From assembly GCA_013239625.1 (NCBI GenBank), contig MU054323.1, positions 10,137,186-10,201,185 of the forward strand: a stretch of 64,000 nt of DNA, in the 5' to 3' direction. Source of the DNA: Lama guanicoe. Taxonomy: Eukaryota. The position numbers and the translations under genes are program-made. Below, in pieces: positions 26,681-39,075 of the stretch. Positions within the stretch are counted from its first letter, which is position 1, and the number at the start of each line of letters is the position of its first letter. The notes beneath the pieces are model-generated. The model had not been told where the DNA came from and made no database searches. It saw only the letters and a program-made list of their open reading frames with translations.

Positions 26681-27759
26681 GTAAGTCAAATCAGAAAGTT
26701 AGGTGTCTTCTCCACACTTTAATTTCATTAGTGGAATGCCTTATATTTAAAGTGCTCCACGCTTTTTGGTTAGCTCCCTGTGAAACCTGAATTTAATAAA
26801 GCTTGTCTACTACATGGTTTTAAACATCAGTCATGGTTTATGGTTTTAATTCCTGACAAGACTATTTCAGATTTTTCCTTTCCTTTCTTACTATCTGTAT
26901 ACCTTTATCACCCCCTAATCTAACCTCAAAGCTCGATTTTGTACCTCTGAAGAATATGTATAGAACACAACTAGCTTTGTGTTTCTCACTTGCTCAGGAA
27001 TTTTAGTGAATTCTTTCTTATCAGAAAAAGTCCGACTCTTGCCCTGGCGGTCAGGGACCTCTCTCTCATGGAGTCTCTTCCTGCTTCGTAGTTGAGCTGC
27101 GGTTTGTCATGTCTTACTGCCTTTTGTGTACGTGGTTATCGCTCTTCCCTTCATGCTTTGTCTGTGGGGAGTATTTGACTTTTGCCTTTTGGGGTCTCAG
27201 TTTTTCTTTACTTCCTTATGCAGACCCTGCTGCCCATGAAAACCTCCCTGGTGACCCCAGCCCTCTTTGGTCTCTTCCCTCTCTGACATCGTACATGGTC
27301 TCACCCGTACCACCTGACTGCTACTTGTTGTCCTGGGCTTTGTCCTCTGATGGCTGTATTTGTGCAGGTCTTTTATTTCCTCAGTAAAATCTTACACTTT
27401 AAATGGACTGTGAGAGTATTTGTGCTTTTGTAGTCACTGCAGCACATAGCACAAAACAGATGCTTGGTAAACACTTGCTAACTCATCAGTAGCGGAAGCA
27501 GAAAGGCTTTCTACCGTCATTAAAGGGTTTTGTCCAAGAATTTGGTTGGCCTTTCCGCACTGTTCTATTGGTCTGTTTGAATATCCCTGTGGTAAGTACT
27601 GCCCTTCATAATTACTATCGTTTTTTAAAAAATAAATCTTGCCATCTAGTAGAGGAGGGCCTCCTACCTTATTCATGAACACTGTCTTGCCTGTTTGGTC
27701 CTTAAGAATCACATTTTCATATAAATTTTAGAATAAGCTGTTAAGTTTCCTTAAAATGT

Positions 27760-28200
27760 TGAGAGAGGGGTGAGGGCTTGCACGAAATAAGTGAATGGGA
27801 TTAAGAAGCACAAACTTGTAGTTATAAAATGAAGTCATGGGGATATAATGTACAGCATATGGAATATAGTCAGTAACATTGTGATAACTTTGTGGTGACA
27901 GATGGTAACTAGACTTACTGGGTGATCAGTTTGTAATGAATGTAAATGTGAAATCCCGATGTTGTACACCTGAAACTAATGTAATATTGTATGTCAGCTA
28001 TCCTTTAAAAAAAAATAAAAAGGAAAAGTAAATAAATAAGGTGATAAATATATCCCCAGGGCAAGAAAATATTATTTTGCAACCATAAACTGAAATTATA
28101 TCTCAAAAAAAATTTGTCACAAAATAATTTTTGCTCCTTTATAGAAAGTTAACTACTAGATAAACAGACAAATAGAATGTTATTTTTAGTATGAAAAATA
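27760..28200 (+). mobile_element. L1MA9-like 3' end plus about 170 bp of extra 3' sequence, inserted into an older antisense L1
   Basis: ggggatataatgtacagcatatggaatatagtc...gttgtacacctgaaactaat plus an A run; TSD aaaatgt at 27753 and 28201. Confidence 0.7.
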
Positions 28201-28449
28201 AAAATGTCTTCTGAAATATTAATTGGTATTACATTTGAACCTTAAATCAACTTGAGAAGAACTGACATCTTTACAATATTCAGTCTTTTAATTGTAAGTT
28301 TTAGGGTATTGCTTTATTTAGTTGAGTCCTCTAAAAATACCTCAGTACAATTTTGTAATTTTCTCTATAGATATTTTGTACCTGTTTTGTGAGGTCTGTT
28401 CCTTGGTACTTTGTACTTTTTGATGCTAATATAAATGGTATCCTTTTAA

Positions 28450-29750
28450 CCTGAAACCCAGAAGTATACAGCAGACGTGGAAAGAAAGCTCAAAGAGAGG
28501 CTCTCTATTTCTGGCTGGAGGATCAGGAGAGGGGTCTTCTACTAGACAGAAAGTGGAAGAAATCCCTGTTTTCTGTTTTGATTGCCTTTTTTTTTTTTAA
28601 ACTTCTTTGATTCTTTCACTCCCTGGGCCCCAGGCAGCCCTGCACGGTGTAAGTGCAACAGCAGCAAGGGACGACCAGGCACCTGAAACCCCATGGGAGG
28701 GGCACTCTTGTCTCTGGTCAGAGAAACTGTGGTCCCAAGAACATGGGTGGAATCCTTATTAGTTTTTCTTCTTTTTTCACACTGTTTGGCCCCACAAGCG
28801 GAGTCTATCTCAGAAGATTATATGACAGAGCAGGGAGCTTAAAGCCTGGGCATTCTACCCAGAATATCAGGAAGGGGTAGATATTTCCTCCTGGGAGCAA
28901 GAAAGTGTCAGAGACAGTGGAGAAGAGGGAGCTCAAGACAGTGGTCTCGGAGTGGTGGGTGTGGACGGGGCTTACTCCCAAGTGGTGTGTGCAGGGCTCT
29001 GACCACAGGCTGTGGCCTCCTGCACAGACCACTGCCCGGGGCTCAGATTAACTACTGGGAGGCACAGCACATGAGACAGACTCCAGATAGGCTTCAGCAA
29101 CTGACTGTTGGAACCACAGTCACAGAAAGTGGTAGGAACTTCCAGCCTGAACCTAACTGCCTGCTAACTGTCGAATGCCTGTTAAAGCAGAACAAAACAA
29201 AACAATCAACGTTCTCTATAGGATTTAAACAAAAGCCAGAGTCCTTTAAAATAATATTCATAATGTACAGGAAGCAATTCACTATTGCTCAAAATATGGG
29301 AAATCTCAAACATATCACTAGGAAAAAGAATCAAAGATGTCAACCCTGGGGTGATATAGATATTTACCAGATAAAGATTGTAAAGAATAAGTTAGAACCC
29401 TCTAAGAATTAAGGGTGAACACTTGAGACAAATGGAAAGTTTCAGCAGAGAAATGATGATATACCAAAGAACCAAAGGATGCATGTGAACACACACACGT
29501 GAGTCCAGGTAAGATGGAGGTGATGTAAGAACGGCGGATTGTATCGATGTCGGTCTCCTGGTAGTGATACTATACTACGGTTTTGTACAGTGTCACCTTT
29601 GGGGGAAGCTGGCCAAAGTGGGCAAGAGATCTCCCGGTATCGTTTCTTTACAACTGCATGTGAATCTCTGGTTATCTCAAAAAATTCAAATAAAAGGAAA
29701 GAACCAAATGGATATTTTAGAACTGAAAAACATAACTGAAAATAAGAAAT
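28450..29750 (+). mobile_element. Old L1 5'/ORF1-like fragment with a nested L1MC/L1MD 3' end (about 29481-29697)
   Basis: The nested piece (tttacaactgcatgtgaatct...aataaaa) is flanked by aaagaaccaaa at 29466 and 29698. The host has the ORF1-like aaatggatattttagaactgaaaaa. Confidence 0.5.
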
Positions 29751-30280
29751 ATGCTCTGTGGGTTGCCTTCACAAAGTCTCCCTTGCCCACCCTTCCCTCC
29801 AGTTTCCGCTGTTGTGGCTCTGGCCCTCACCCCTGGCCTCTGCTTCCAGTCTCTCCTCCTCTGCTTTTTTCTTTCCTTCTGCACTTTGCTGTCGGGGTCA
29901 TGTTACTCACCTGTGACTGTTCATCCGAGTCCTGCTCCTCAAAGCCCATCAGAGGCTTGTTTCTTATTGAAGAGCTCCAGGTCCTTGGCCGGCACTGTCA
30001 CCCTCTAAGATGTTACCATGACCTGTCTACCCTGTCTGCTTCTCCCACGTCCCCAGAGTGCACTTTATTCCAGCCAAGCTGCTCATCCTTCTCTGACCCT
30101 GTCTTTGTGTTTTTTCTTTTTGTCCATCTGTAATGCCTGCCCTCAGTTTTTTCTGATTATACCTCCAGTATTCTCTGGAAGAAATCTGACCTATCAAGAC
30201 CCACATCGGAACATGATCCTGTTGATGCATTAATTTGTCTTTGTAGCCACAATTATTGTGTCATGCCTTTCTACCACACC

Positions 30281-30827
30281 ATTCGGGGTAGTCATTTTCA
30301 GAATACCAGTGGCACAGTACAGAGCTTCTTACTGTCTGACTCACACTTACATAAATAATTGTTCAAATGATTTCCAGAAAATTTTACCCCAAATTCACTA
30401 TCTAAATAGACAGTCTGCGACAGGGAATTTGCCTGCATACACCAGTGAAATCATAACAAGAATGCTTCATAAGTGAGTGGAGTTGGAACTGATGCTTGAT
30501 GAAATTTAAAACTGGGTGCAGCCTGTTAGGTTTCTTACTTCAGTAACTTGGTTCTGTAGAATTGAAATAGAAATCTTGGTAGAGTATTATTCACAAGCTC
30601 TTTCTTTTTCAAAATGAGTTTGTTTTTTTAATGGGAGTTGGGTGTGGTGAGATTCGGGGTAGTCATTTTCAGAATACCAGTGGCACAGTACAGAGCTTCT
30701 TACTGTCTGACTCACACTTACATAAATAATTGTTCAAATGATTTCCAGAAAATTTTACCCCAAATTCACTATCTAAATAGACAGTCTGCGACAGGGAATT
30801 TGCCTGCATACACCAGTGAAATCATAA
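30281..30827 (+). repeat. Exact 176-bp direct duplication (30281-30456 = 30652-30827)
   Basis: Identical base by base; the same peptide appears in ORFs 30258..30476 and 30638..30853. Confidence 0.97.
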
Positions 30828-31193
30828 GTTGTTTGCAGGTCGTAACTGGATGAGGTTTCTTTACCTCATTTTACTAACGAGTGCAGTAAGTATCAGACAG
30901 TTAGGGAGCTGTGTTTTAAATGCTTTCTATTATTTAGAATTTCTTAGTGGATTTTAAGGTTTAAGAAACACTTTAGTGATATTTGGAGAAACCGGGGTTT
31001 TCAGATGGGCTGGGAATGCATTCTTTTCTTTCTTCTTTAAATAGTGAAATATTGGCCCCTGCTGTCTGAATTTATTAGCCAACAAGTTTTCAGAAGTGGA
31101 CAAGATTTAGAAAATGAGGGATGGCTTTACTTTAACAGTGAATATACTTTTATGTTTAATGTTAAACAAAATTCTTTTGTTTCTGTGTTCCAG

Positions 31194-31283
31194 GATTAAT
31201 GACATCAAAAAGAGACAGTGCTTCAGAATCAACACTTTCGTTGCCTCCTGGTGAAGACTTGAAAACTGGAACAGAGAAAGATG
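31194..31283 (+). CDS. CLIP4: CLIP4 exon 10 (GLMTSKRDSASESTLSLPPGEDLKTGTEKD)
   Basis: ttccag| acceptor and G|gtaata donor; 90 nt, phase 1-1. Confidence 0.92.
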
Positions 31284-32058
31284 GTAATACAATTTATAAT
31301 GTCTGTTCTCAAAATTTAATTCACTGATGGAATTTTAAAATAGTACAGTGATATAGCTGACATGGGGGCTAAATTTTAAAGTTTGTAAGGGAAGAATCAT
31401 TACAGCAAAAATTTATCCTTGAAAATCCTCTACACAAGCTCAAAGTATATATATGTGTTTTTGTATAAAATCCTGTGTTATGATACTTATGTACACTTAA
31501 ATTAGAGAATTACTGGATTAGGTTAAGCGAATAAAAGGAGATTCCATAGTGTAGATGGCTTAATAAAAGTAAAATTGCCTTTAGCTGTCAACTTGTTGGG
31601 TGAATAGGGCATGAATAGAAAACTCAAAAGTGTTCCCGCTTGCCTTCAGGTTATCTCAGAACATTTTAATATTAAGCCAGTGTTACCTTGAAATGAATAA
31701 TGTTTTTTTAAAATATAAATAAGATGTGATTCTGTTAACTCATCTAAAATGAGAGGTGAGAGACAGTGGTTAGAATAGGTGGTTGGTCTAAGTTAATGAT
31801 GAGACAACACTCTTCTGCATAATATCATCATGTAGTGTGGGTCCTTTGTATCCTTACAGTTGCTTGAAGTTATAAAATCTTGTACATATGAACTTCAATA
31901 TATTTGGATGAAATCAGGCATTTAATTCAACACTGGGGAATCCACAGCTGGGGAAGCTAAATGGAGAGTGTCAGAAGGCACTAACCTGGAAAAGCGTCTC
32001 GTTGATTCACTTCTTATTTTCTGCCCTCCAACATATCCTTTTCTTTCACCCGTTTTAG

Positions 32059-32202
32059 CGACCTTTCTTGGATCAATCAGCAGCTCCTCCTCTACATCGT
32101 CTCTGGAACACAAGCAGGGCCACCCCAAGAAGCTGAATGCACGTGGCGGTAACAGGAAGACAGTGAGCAAAAGCCCTTCTGTCTCGTCTAGAGCCAGTGC
32201 TG
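32059..32202 (+). CDS. CLIP4: CLIP4 exon 11, Ser-rich linker (ATFLGSISSSSSTSSLEHK...SSRASA)
   Basis: ttttag| acceptor and weak G|gtatct donor; lies inside ORF 31968..32261. Confidence 0.92.
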
Positions 32203-34857
32203 GTATCTATGGCTTTTTCAACCAGGCTTTCTTGGTGTTTTTTATCTTGGTTTGTTTGTAAGTAGATTTGCTGTTTTTAAATGTGTAGAAGGAACCCTAT
32301 ACTTCAGTCAGATTGAACCACTTGCCCCCTCCCCTGTCTCCCGCAGCCCCCCACCTCCTTCCCATCCACCCGCCTACTCTGACCGCTGCCTTTCTCCTCG
32401 TGCACCTGCCCTTCTTCTTGTCTGTACTGACTTCTCTTCCTCCTGTTACTAAGGCCTCCAACCCCTCCTATAAGGCTCGTAGAACTTTGTGATAGATCCT
32501 CAGATTCTTGGAAACTGTACGGTCTAGTACCTTTCTTCTCTCTTTTCTAGTCTAAGCCTAATAGAATAATATCTCAGATGTCAAAACATGTTATACTTCC
32601 TATTTGGGGTACTATTAAAGGCTTTACATACTTTATTTCATTTAGTTCTCAAAGTAAACCTGTGGGATAGGTACTGCCATGGCCATCCTCAATTTATGAA
32701 TGAGGAGGCACAGGCGTTGGTGCACAGCTGCAGTTTCTAAGTGGCACACCTGGGCTCTCCTCGCAGGTCTGTCTGGGGCTTCCCTGCTGCTGTCAGAGTC
32801 CAACTCGGTCTCCAGTCCCTTCGCCACCTCCTCCCGCTGCAGGTCCCCGGGCCCCTCCTGGCCAGTGGGTAGAGAGCAGAACCACTGCCTCTCGGTACAA
32901 GTCCAGGCTCAGGCTGCTCATGCAGCTCTGGTGACCGCACTGTGTCATTGGCTCGAACAGAGCTTTATGCCAAGTTTCTTCCTTTTGCGTCTTGACATAG
33001 GACTTTACTTTTATTTTTATTTAATTTAATGTTAGAATTTTCGTCCCTCTGAATTTTATTTTTTATATCTTGCATGTTAGCTTTTCTACACACTTTTGTG
33101 TTACCTTCTTATCTAAAACATATGCTTTCTCTGTTTTTAGCAAGGTCATTTAAAACTAGGTAGGGGAGGTTGACAATGATAACCTGTTCTGATGTGGCTT
33201 TTTGACTTACTGTGAATCCTGCATGGTCTCATTCAGTCCTCATTTCTTCAGTTATGTGTATGGATGTTTAAGACACTTTTTCTTGTTGAAATCAGCATAC
33301 ATAGAATTTATTGCCATTTACTTATTTACCCACATAGCAAATCTGTCCAGACAGGAAATGAAGTCATTTTGGCATAACTTTTTTTTAATGAGCCTAATAA
33401 TAATTACTAGATTCTTTTTCTGATACTTTTCATTCTTATACTGAACCAATATTTTATTATAGAAAATGTTCATGATGGAATTTTTTTTTCTCTTTAAGAT
33501 ACTGTATTGTATGGGGAAAAAACAAACCAACCGTCAATATTAATATTGACAAAATAAACTTAAAAGTTGGAACTCTAAAAGTGGAGAACTTACCAGTTTT
33601 GCTTGAACTGTTTACCTGGAATATTTATTGTCTGAATAGATTCCCCTTCCCCTGCAACCACTTTCTCTATGATGCTGTGAGGGACAGAGGAGAGAAGTTG
33701 TGATCATGTTGCAATCCTGCTTGTCTGAATTTTGTTTACACTTCAAGGGCTCCCTCATTTGGAATTTGGGCTTTTGACATTGACTTTGTTTTAAAATTTA
33801 TGTGCAGGTGTGGAATTATCTTTTTTACCCTTTATATGAAGTAGTTCTAGTGTGCTTACATATTTAACCTTTTTTTCTGTTTATAAATATGAAAGATTTG
33901 TAGACTTAAATAATACTAAAGGTGAAGAAAGTTGTCAATGAGAGTGAGAAAAGGGACCTTTTAAATGGGGAAGGAGAGAGAATGGGAGATGTGTGGCAGA
34001 AAGTCCCCGTTGGGAACCCCAAAGACATTTCCTTAAGGCGTTTTTTCTAGAGTGAGTAGATACTCCACGCTCTCTGTAGACTTGCATGTGAGGGAGATGA
34101 GGCTTGCAGAGGGTGGACGTTAGTGGGAGTCAGAGTAAAGGAGGAGGAAGAGGAGCAGCAAGAAGGGATGGGGAGATGAGAGAGGTGGGGGAGGAAGTCT
34201 GTGAGCTCAGCGCTGTTGTATCCCGATGTTGGACTTGCCATCCTTGGTCCGCGGCCTGCAGACAGCCTGGGACAGAACTGAGTGTTCTGGTCACAGGGTC
34301 TGGGTTTTAAGCCAGGTGTGCCACATACTACCTGTGAACACTATGTCTTAGTTAATCCCGAGTTTTATCTTATCCTTGATTATAATGTTCATGAAAAGCA
34401 CTTTGTAAACTGTGAAGTGCTGTGGAAATGTTGGCTATTATGAGGACCTGGGACTGTTTAGTTTATGCTTTATCCAAACCTTCCTTCCCCCTGGGTTTGT
34501 GTTCCCCATTTGTTGCCGTGTTCTTAGTGTCTCCCTGTTAACAGGGTGACTTATCCTCCATCCCACACCCTCAGGCAGGGTTCCCTAGGCCTTCCCAGAG
34601 GACAGCCTGTTCATAGACTGATGGGAGAAGCCTCAAGGACCCAGCTCTTCTCTGTTACAATTGAACAGTATTTCATTCTAGACAGTATTTCTCTAGGACT
34701 TCTGATGTTCAGTAGAAGGCTGTTGAGGGTTGAGATCTGAACCAAGGTGAGAGGAAATGGTCTTGTTTCTAATAAGGAAATCAATTTGGGATAATTGGAT
34801 TCCTGTGTAGCAATTTCAGTTTCACACTGAACTACTCTGATTCTAGCATTTTACTAG

Positions 34858-35048
34858 AACAGGGCTTGGCAGACTACAGTCCCTGGGCCAGATCCAACCT
34901 ACCACCTATTTTTGTTAAAAAAAAAAAAAAAGTTTTATTGAAACACACTGCCCGTTTTGTCTCTGCTTTTGTGTGACAGCAGCAGAGGGGAGCAGTTGTA
35001 TTTACTGTGTAGCCTTTTACAGAAAAGGTGTGCTGACCTCTGTTCTAG
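34858..35048. mobile_element. MER58-like hAT element
   Basis: cagggcttggcagactacagtccctgggccagatcc...ttttacagaaaaggtgtgctgacctctg. Confidence 0.6.
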
Positions 35049-35347
35049 TAGTGGGCACCCCCAGGAAATCGGGGTAGAGTTGACGCTACACCAGGAATCA
35101 CGTAAGTTCCCGTGACAGCAATTGTCTCAGGAAACCGTTCAGATTTCTTCTGAGTAGCTTGACTTCACACGTGAGAAACACAGCCATAGATGATGTGTGT
35201 AAGGAATGGCAGCATATTGAAATCTCCAGCTAACTAGACTGCTTAGAATACGTAAGTAATTTTTCAGCTAATGTGCTTTTTGGGTTTCCCCCTTTTTTTT
35301 TTCTCTTTTCCTTTCCAATCCCTTTCCCCTACCAACCCCTCAAACAG

Positions 35348-35482
35348 GTTTGAATTCCTCAGCAACATCTGTAGCAAATAATACGCGTTGTGAAGGAGAG
35401 CTCCGCCTTGGGGATAGGGTGTTGGTGGTAGGCCAGAGAATCGGTACCGTTAAGTTCTTTGGGACAACAAACTTTGCTCCAG
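35348..35482 (+). CDS. CLIP4: CLIP4 exon 12 (GLNSSATSV...LGDRVLVVGQRIGTVKFFGTTNFAP), CAP-Gly 2 first half
   Basis: aacag| acceptor after a long pyrimidine tract; CAG|gtaact donor. Confidence 0.96.
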
Positions 35483-36418
35483 GTAACTCATCTGTGTATT
35501 TTTTGTTCAACTTGCATTCTTTAGAATACAAAAGGCTTAAAATTTTATATATAAATAAAATGTACTTACAGAGAATTCTTGATTAACAGTTCTTGTGGAT
35601 GGCAGCTGTGGCACAGAAAGTGCAAAACGTTGATTAAAATGCAGACCATTTTTTACTCAGGTTGACTTAGTCATGAATTTTTCTTGCCAATTATGTTTTA
35701 AAGTGTCTAATGTTAAAATTAGTTGTTACTCTCCAAATTTACTCTCACCGATTGCCGAGTGTGCTAAATAACAGAGAAAACTTCAGGATTAGATTTGTGC
35801 TAAGGATAGTCTTTGAAATGAGTAGGCAATGAGTTCACCGCAGATAGCCTTTAACAGTGGCTTGGAGAGAAAAGCAAAGGGGTTCAAAGGAAAATGAAAA
35901 AGGTTTTGCGTACCTGTGGACCTTAAAAATGCACTTTTGTGCATTTATATGTTCATTCCAGTCTAGACTTAATATTGTGTTTCCAAAGTAAAATTATCTT
36001 TCTTTTGCATTCTCAGTGATTGTAATTTCAAATAGAAGCCAGTTGAATAAAGCCACGTTTGTGTGTTTTAAATAGCAGTATGCTGTTTTGACACATGGTG
36101 GCATTGCAGCATTTTAGGAAGAGGTTACCCAGAGCATTTTCCCCCCCAAGACAGAACCAAGGAAGACCGTCTATTATAAAGCCATTGAAACTTTCCTTAA
36201 AAGCTTGAGCTGGCAGTCACTTGAACATGACAGAGTTGAGGACAGTTGTCCCCATGCCCATCCACATCTGCACCTTTCATGGCACAAACAACCAGATGGA
36301 GCTTAAGCCCCCTGACCTTCTTCCACAGGCAGTGCCATCCCTGCGGTGGGGTCAGTTGCAGGCTGATTTTTATGCTTTTTTTTTTTTTTTAAAGTTTGTA
36401 GCATTCTGTCAAGCACTC

Positions 36419-36835
36419 TGAAGGATCTGAGATTTTACCCTATTTGTGTGCTGACAAGTTAGATTGTCAGAGCCTCCTAGAAGCTGGCAGAAGTTGGGAG
36501 GTTCCTGGGTCAGAGACAGGACCCCGGTGCTCTTGGCAACAGCGGTAGCCAAAGTGGCAGCATTTTCTCGTGTTTGTTTCCTGAGCCCCAGTTTCTGGGG
36601 GTGAGCTCACGAGGCCAGGTGACACCTGCACACCGGTGGTTTGTGTTGCAGGGGAGGAGCCCCGCACTTAGGGAATCTGAACCTTTATAATGGACAGTAA
36701 GCGTGCCTGTCTCTCGTGCTGGTGGAGACTCTGTCTCTGTCCTCCAAGGCTGTCTTCTCTACAGACGCCCGTGACAAGATGGTCGGTACCTCTGTCCATA
36801 GACATGCAGAAACATGGGGAGTTGTCTCTCAGCAC
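36419..36835 (-). mobile_element. Old ERVL-type solo LTR (MER54/MER74-like; family uncertain)
   Basis: tgaaggatctgagattttaccct...cctgggtcagagaca...ttgtctctcagcaca matches a remembered ERVL LTR consensus. Confidence 0.55.
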
Positions 36836-38037
36836 AGTCCTGTTTCTTTAGGACCATTTATAATTCTAGTCCAACTAATTGATTGGAGATGGGCTATATG
36901 TTTTATAATTCATGTCTCTCTTAGAGCTCCAGGTAGTAATTGAGATTAATTAGAATATTCTTGTAGGTTCTCAAATAAAAGCCTAGGAATCCCAAAGGTA
37001 GGTTATTTTTCCACAATCACCGTGTCTTTCGAGTTTCTTTTCTCTGGTTATATTAAACAAGTCTTGGATGATTTGATTCATTTGGATACAATTAATTATC
37101 TTAGGTTGACTTTTAATTTTTGAACTCCTAGCATAGAGCATTTAGAAATTTGGGAAGTAATAAGCAAATATAAAAGTTGGAAGGTTTTTGTTTAAGTCCT
37201 TCTCCCTTTTAGAAAGTAGTGCATATTTCTGTGGCATCAAAATTTGATCAGTCAGTTCCATAGAACAGTGGTAATATCTAAGCTATAGATTATAGGATGT
37301 AGACCTGACAGAGGGCATGTTTAGTGCCTTCAGCATCTTTATCAGGGCCACCTCTGAAAGCAGTCGCCGTTCAGATGGGAAAGAGATCCCCACCTCACCA
37401 CTACCAGGTGGTATGTGGTCACTGCTGTTGGCACTTGCCATCATGTCTTCCTGCTGCGTGCTGCGCTCTTTGAGGAGTTGCATGGCAAACATGTAGCAGT
37501 GTTGTGGTTTATTAAAATGGAAAATGAAAAAATTATGTAGGAAAGCATCAAAGGCAGAAGGAAATAAAACTTGGAAAGTTATAACTGTGGCACTCAGAGA
37601 AATAACAGTGGCAACCAGAGTAACCTGGTTAACGACATTCAGAAACGGGATGACCTGTTTTCCGGGCGTTGGTGCTGCTGCACAGTAGGTCTGTGTATGT
37701 CATTCAGTACTTGTGCATAGTAGGACTGTTTAGGTATAAACAATCTCACGCATTACTTTAGTCTTTTCAACCCCACCTCCAATATTTGGAGTAGGTTCCA
37801 GTGTTATCTTTTTGAACATAAGAGGAATAAAATTAAGAACTTCTAGATTGTCACTTTAGAAGTTATATAATTGACTCTTTGAACTGTTAATCTGAAGGAA
37901 ACAATATTTTTGTAATTTGTAATAAGTTTTTTCAATAGGTTTCTCAATGTATATATATCCTTATTTTTTACTTGATACTGCTTCTAAGAGACCAGATACA
38001 ATTACTACTGCACTGTCTCTTTAAGTAAAAAAAGATT

Positions 38038-38163
38038 GGGGTAGGTATAGCTCAGTGGTAGAGCACATGCTTAGCATGCACAAGGTCCTGGGTTCAATCC
38101 CCAGTACCTCCATTAAAAATAAATAAATAAAAATCTAATTACTCCTCCACACACACACAAAAA
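38038..38163 (+). mobile_element. tRNA-Ala-derived SINE (camelid Vic-1-like)
   Basis: ggtatagctcagtggtagagcacatgcttagcatgcacaaggtcctgggttcaatccccagtacctcca plus an (aaat)n tail; A and B boxes intact. Confidence 0.85.
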
Positions 38164-38951
38164 TGAATGGACTATTGGGTACTTTCAGCTGGTCAGGAGA
38201 CACCCTCATCCAGAGCCATTACTCTAGGAGTATATGTCCATTTATCTAATATTTACCACACTAAAAGCAACCTCCCTCTTTAACTTCATGTTCTCTAGAA
38301 AAGGAAATCCTATTACTCCTCAGAGTGGGCTCTTTTAAATACTTGAAAGCCTTTTAGAAAATTCTTCCCATTAGTTAACCTAAATCTTTTCATTTAGATT
38401 AAAAGTGATTTTTTTTTTCATCCTGGGTGGGACTAAAACAAAAGAAAAGTCATCATGAAGTCTGGTCATATTTTCCATATTATTTTTGTCTGTAATTATT
38501 TAAGAACTGTTTGTGGTATTCTGATATTGGGAGAGCAAAATGAAAAGATTGCATGTTTATTTTATGGTTTATGCATCTCAGCATCATGCTACCCTGCTCT
38601 CACTTAGACCATATTACCAAGTGAAGGACTGTTTCTTATTATAGCTTTTAGATATGTTTTGGTCATACACTGCTTGTATTATAGTGAGTCCTTGCCAAAT
38701 TTGTGTTTGTGCATTTTATCTTTCTTGGTGTACAGCTCTACAATTATGCTTGTAAAATGGTTTTCTGGTTCATTTTTCAGATTTTCAAATTTTGTTTTGT
38801 AATTTTACCTTTTGAAACTTGATGATCATGATGATCTTCCATCATTTTGGTCATTTGTGAGAATGTTAAGCCATCTTGACTTTGGATTTGTGTAACATAA
38901 CCGTTTTGGATAAAGTACAGATGCTTTTAAAATCTAATATTCTTGTTCTAG

Positions 38952-39075
38952 GATATTGGTACGGGATAGAGCTTGAGAAGCCCCATGGCAAGAACGATGG
39001 TTCAGTTGGAGGTGTGCAGTATTTTAGTTGTTCCCCAAGATATGGAATATTTGCTCCCCCATCCAGGGTACAGAG
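38952..39075 (+). CDS. CLIP4: CLIP4 exon 13 (GYWYGIELEKPHGKNDGSVGGVQYFSCSPRYGIFAPPSRVQR), CAP-Gly 2 core
   Basis: ttctag| acceptor and AG|gtgaga donor; GKNDG motif. Confidence 0.97.

Noticed and set aside
29564..30133. 189-aa plus-strand ORF
   Set aside because: It runs across L1 fragments and other repeat-like sequence, has no recognisable domain, and has no splice context fitting CLIP4.
30258..30853. Duplicated small protein-coding gene
   Set aside because: The shared peptide only reflects the 176-bp DNA duplication; the starts are non-ATG and no exon signals were found.
38041..38112. tRNA-Ala gene
   Set aside because: It has an imperfect acceptor stem, an (aaat)n tail instead of a T-run terminator, and a second diverged copy at 3613-3714, so it is a SINE.
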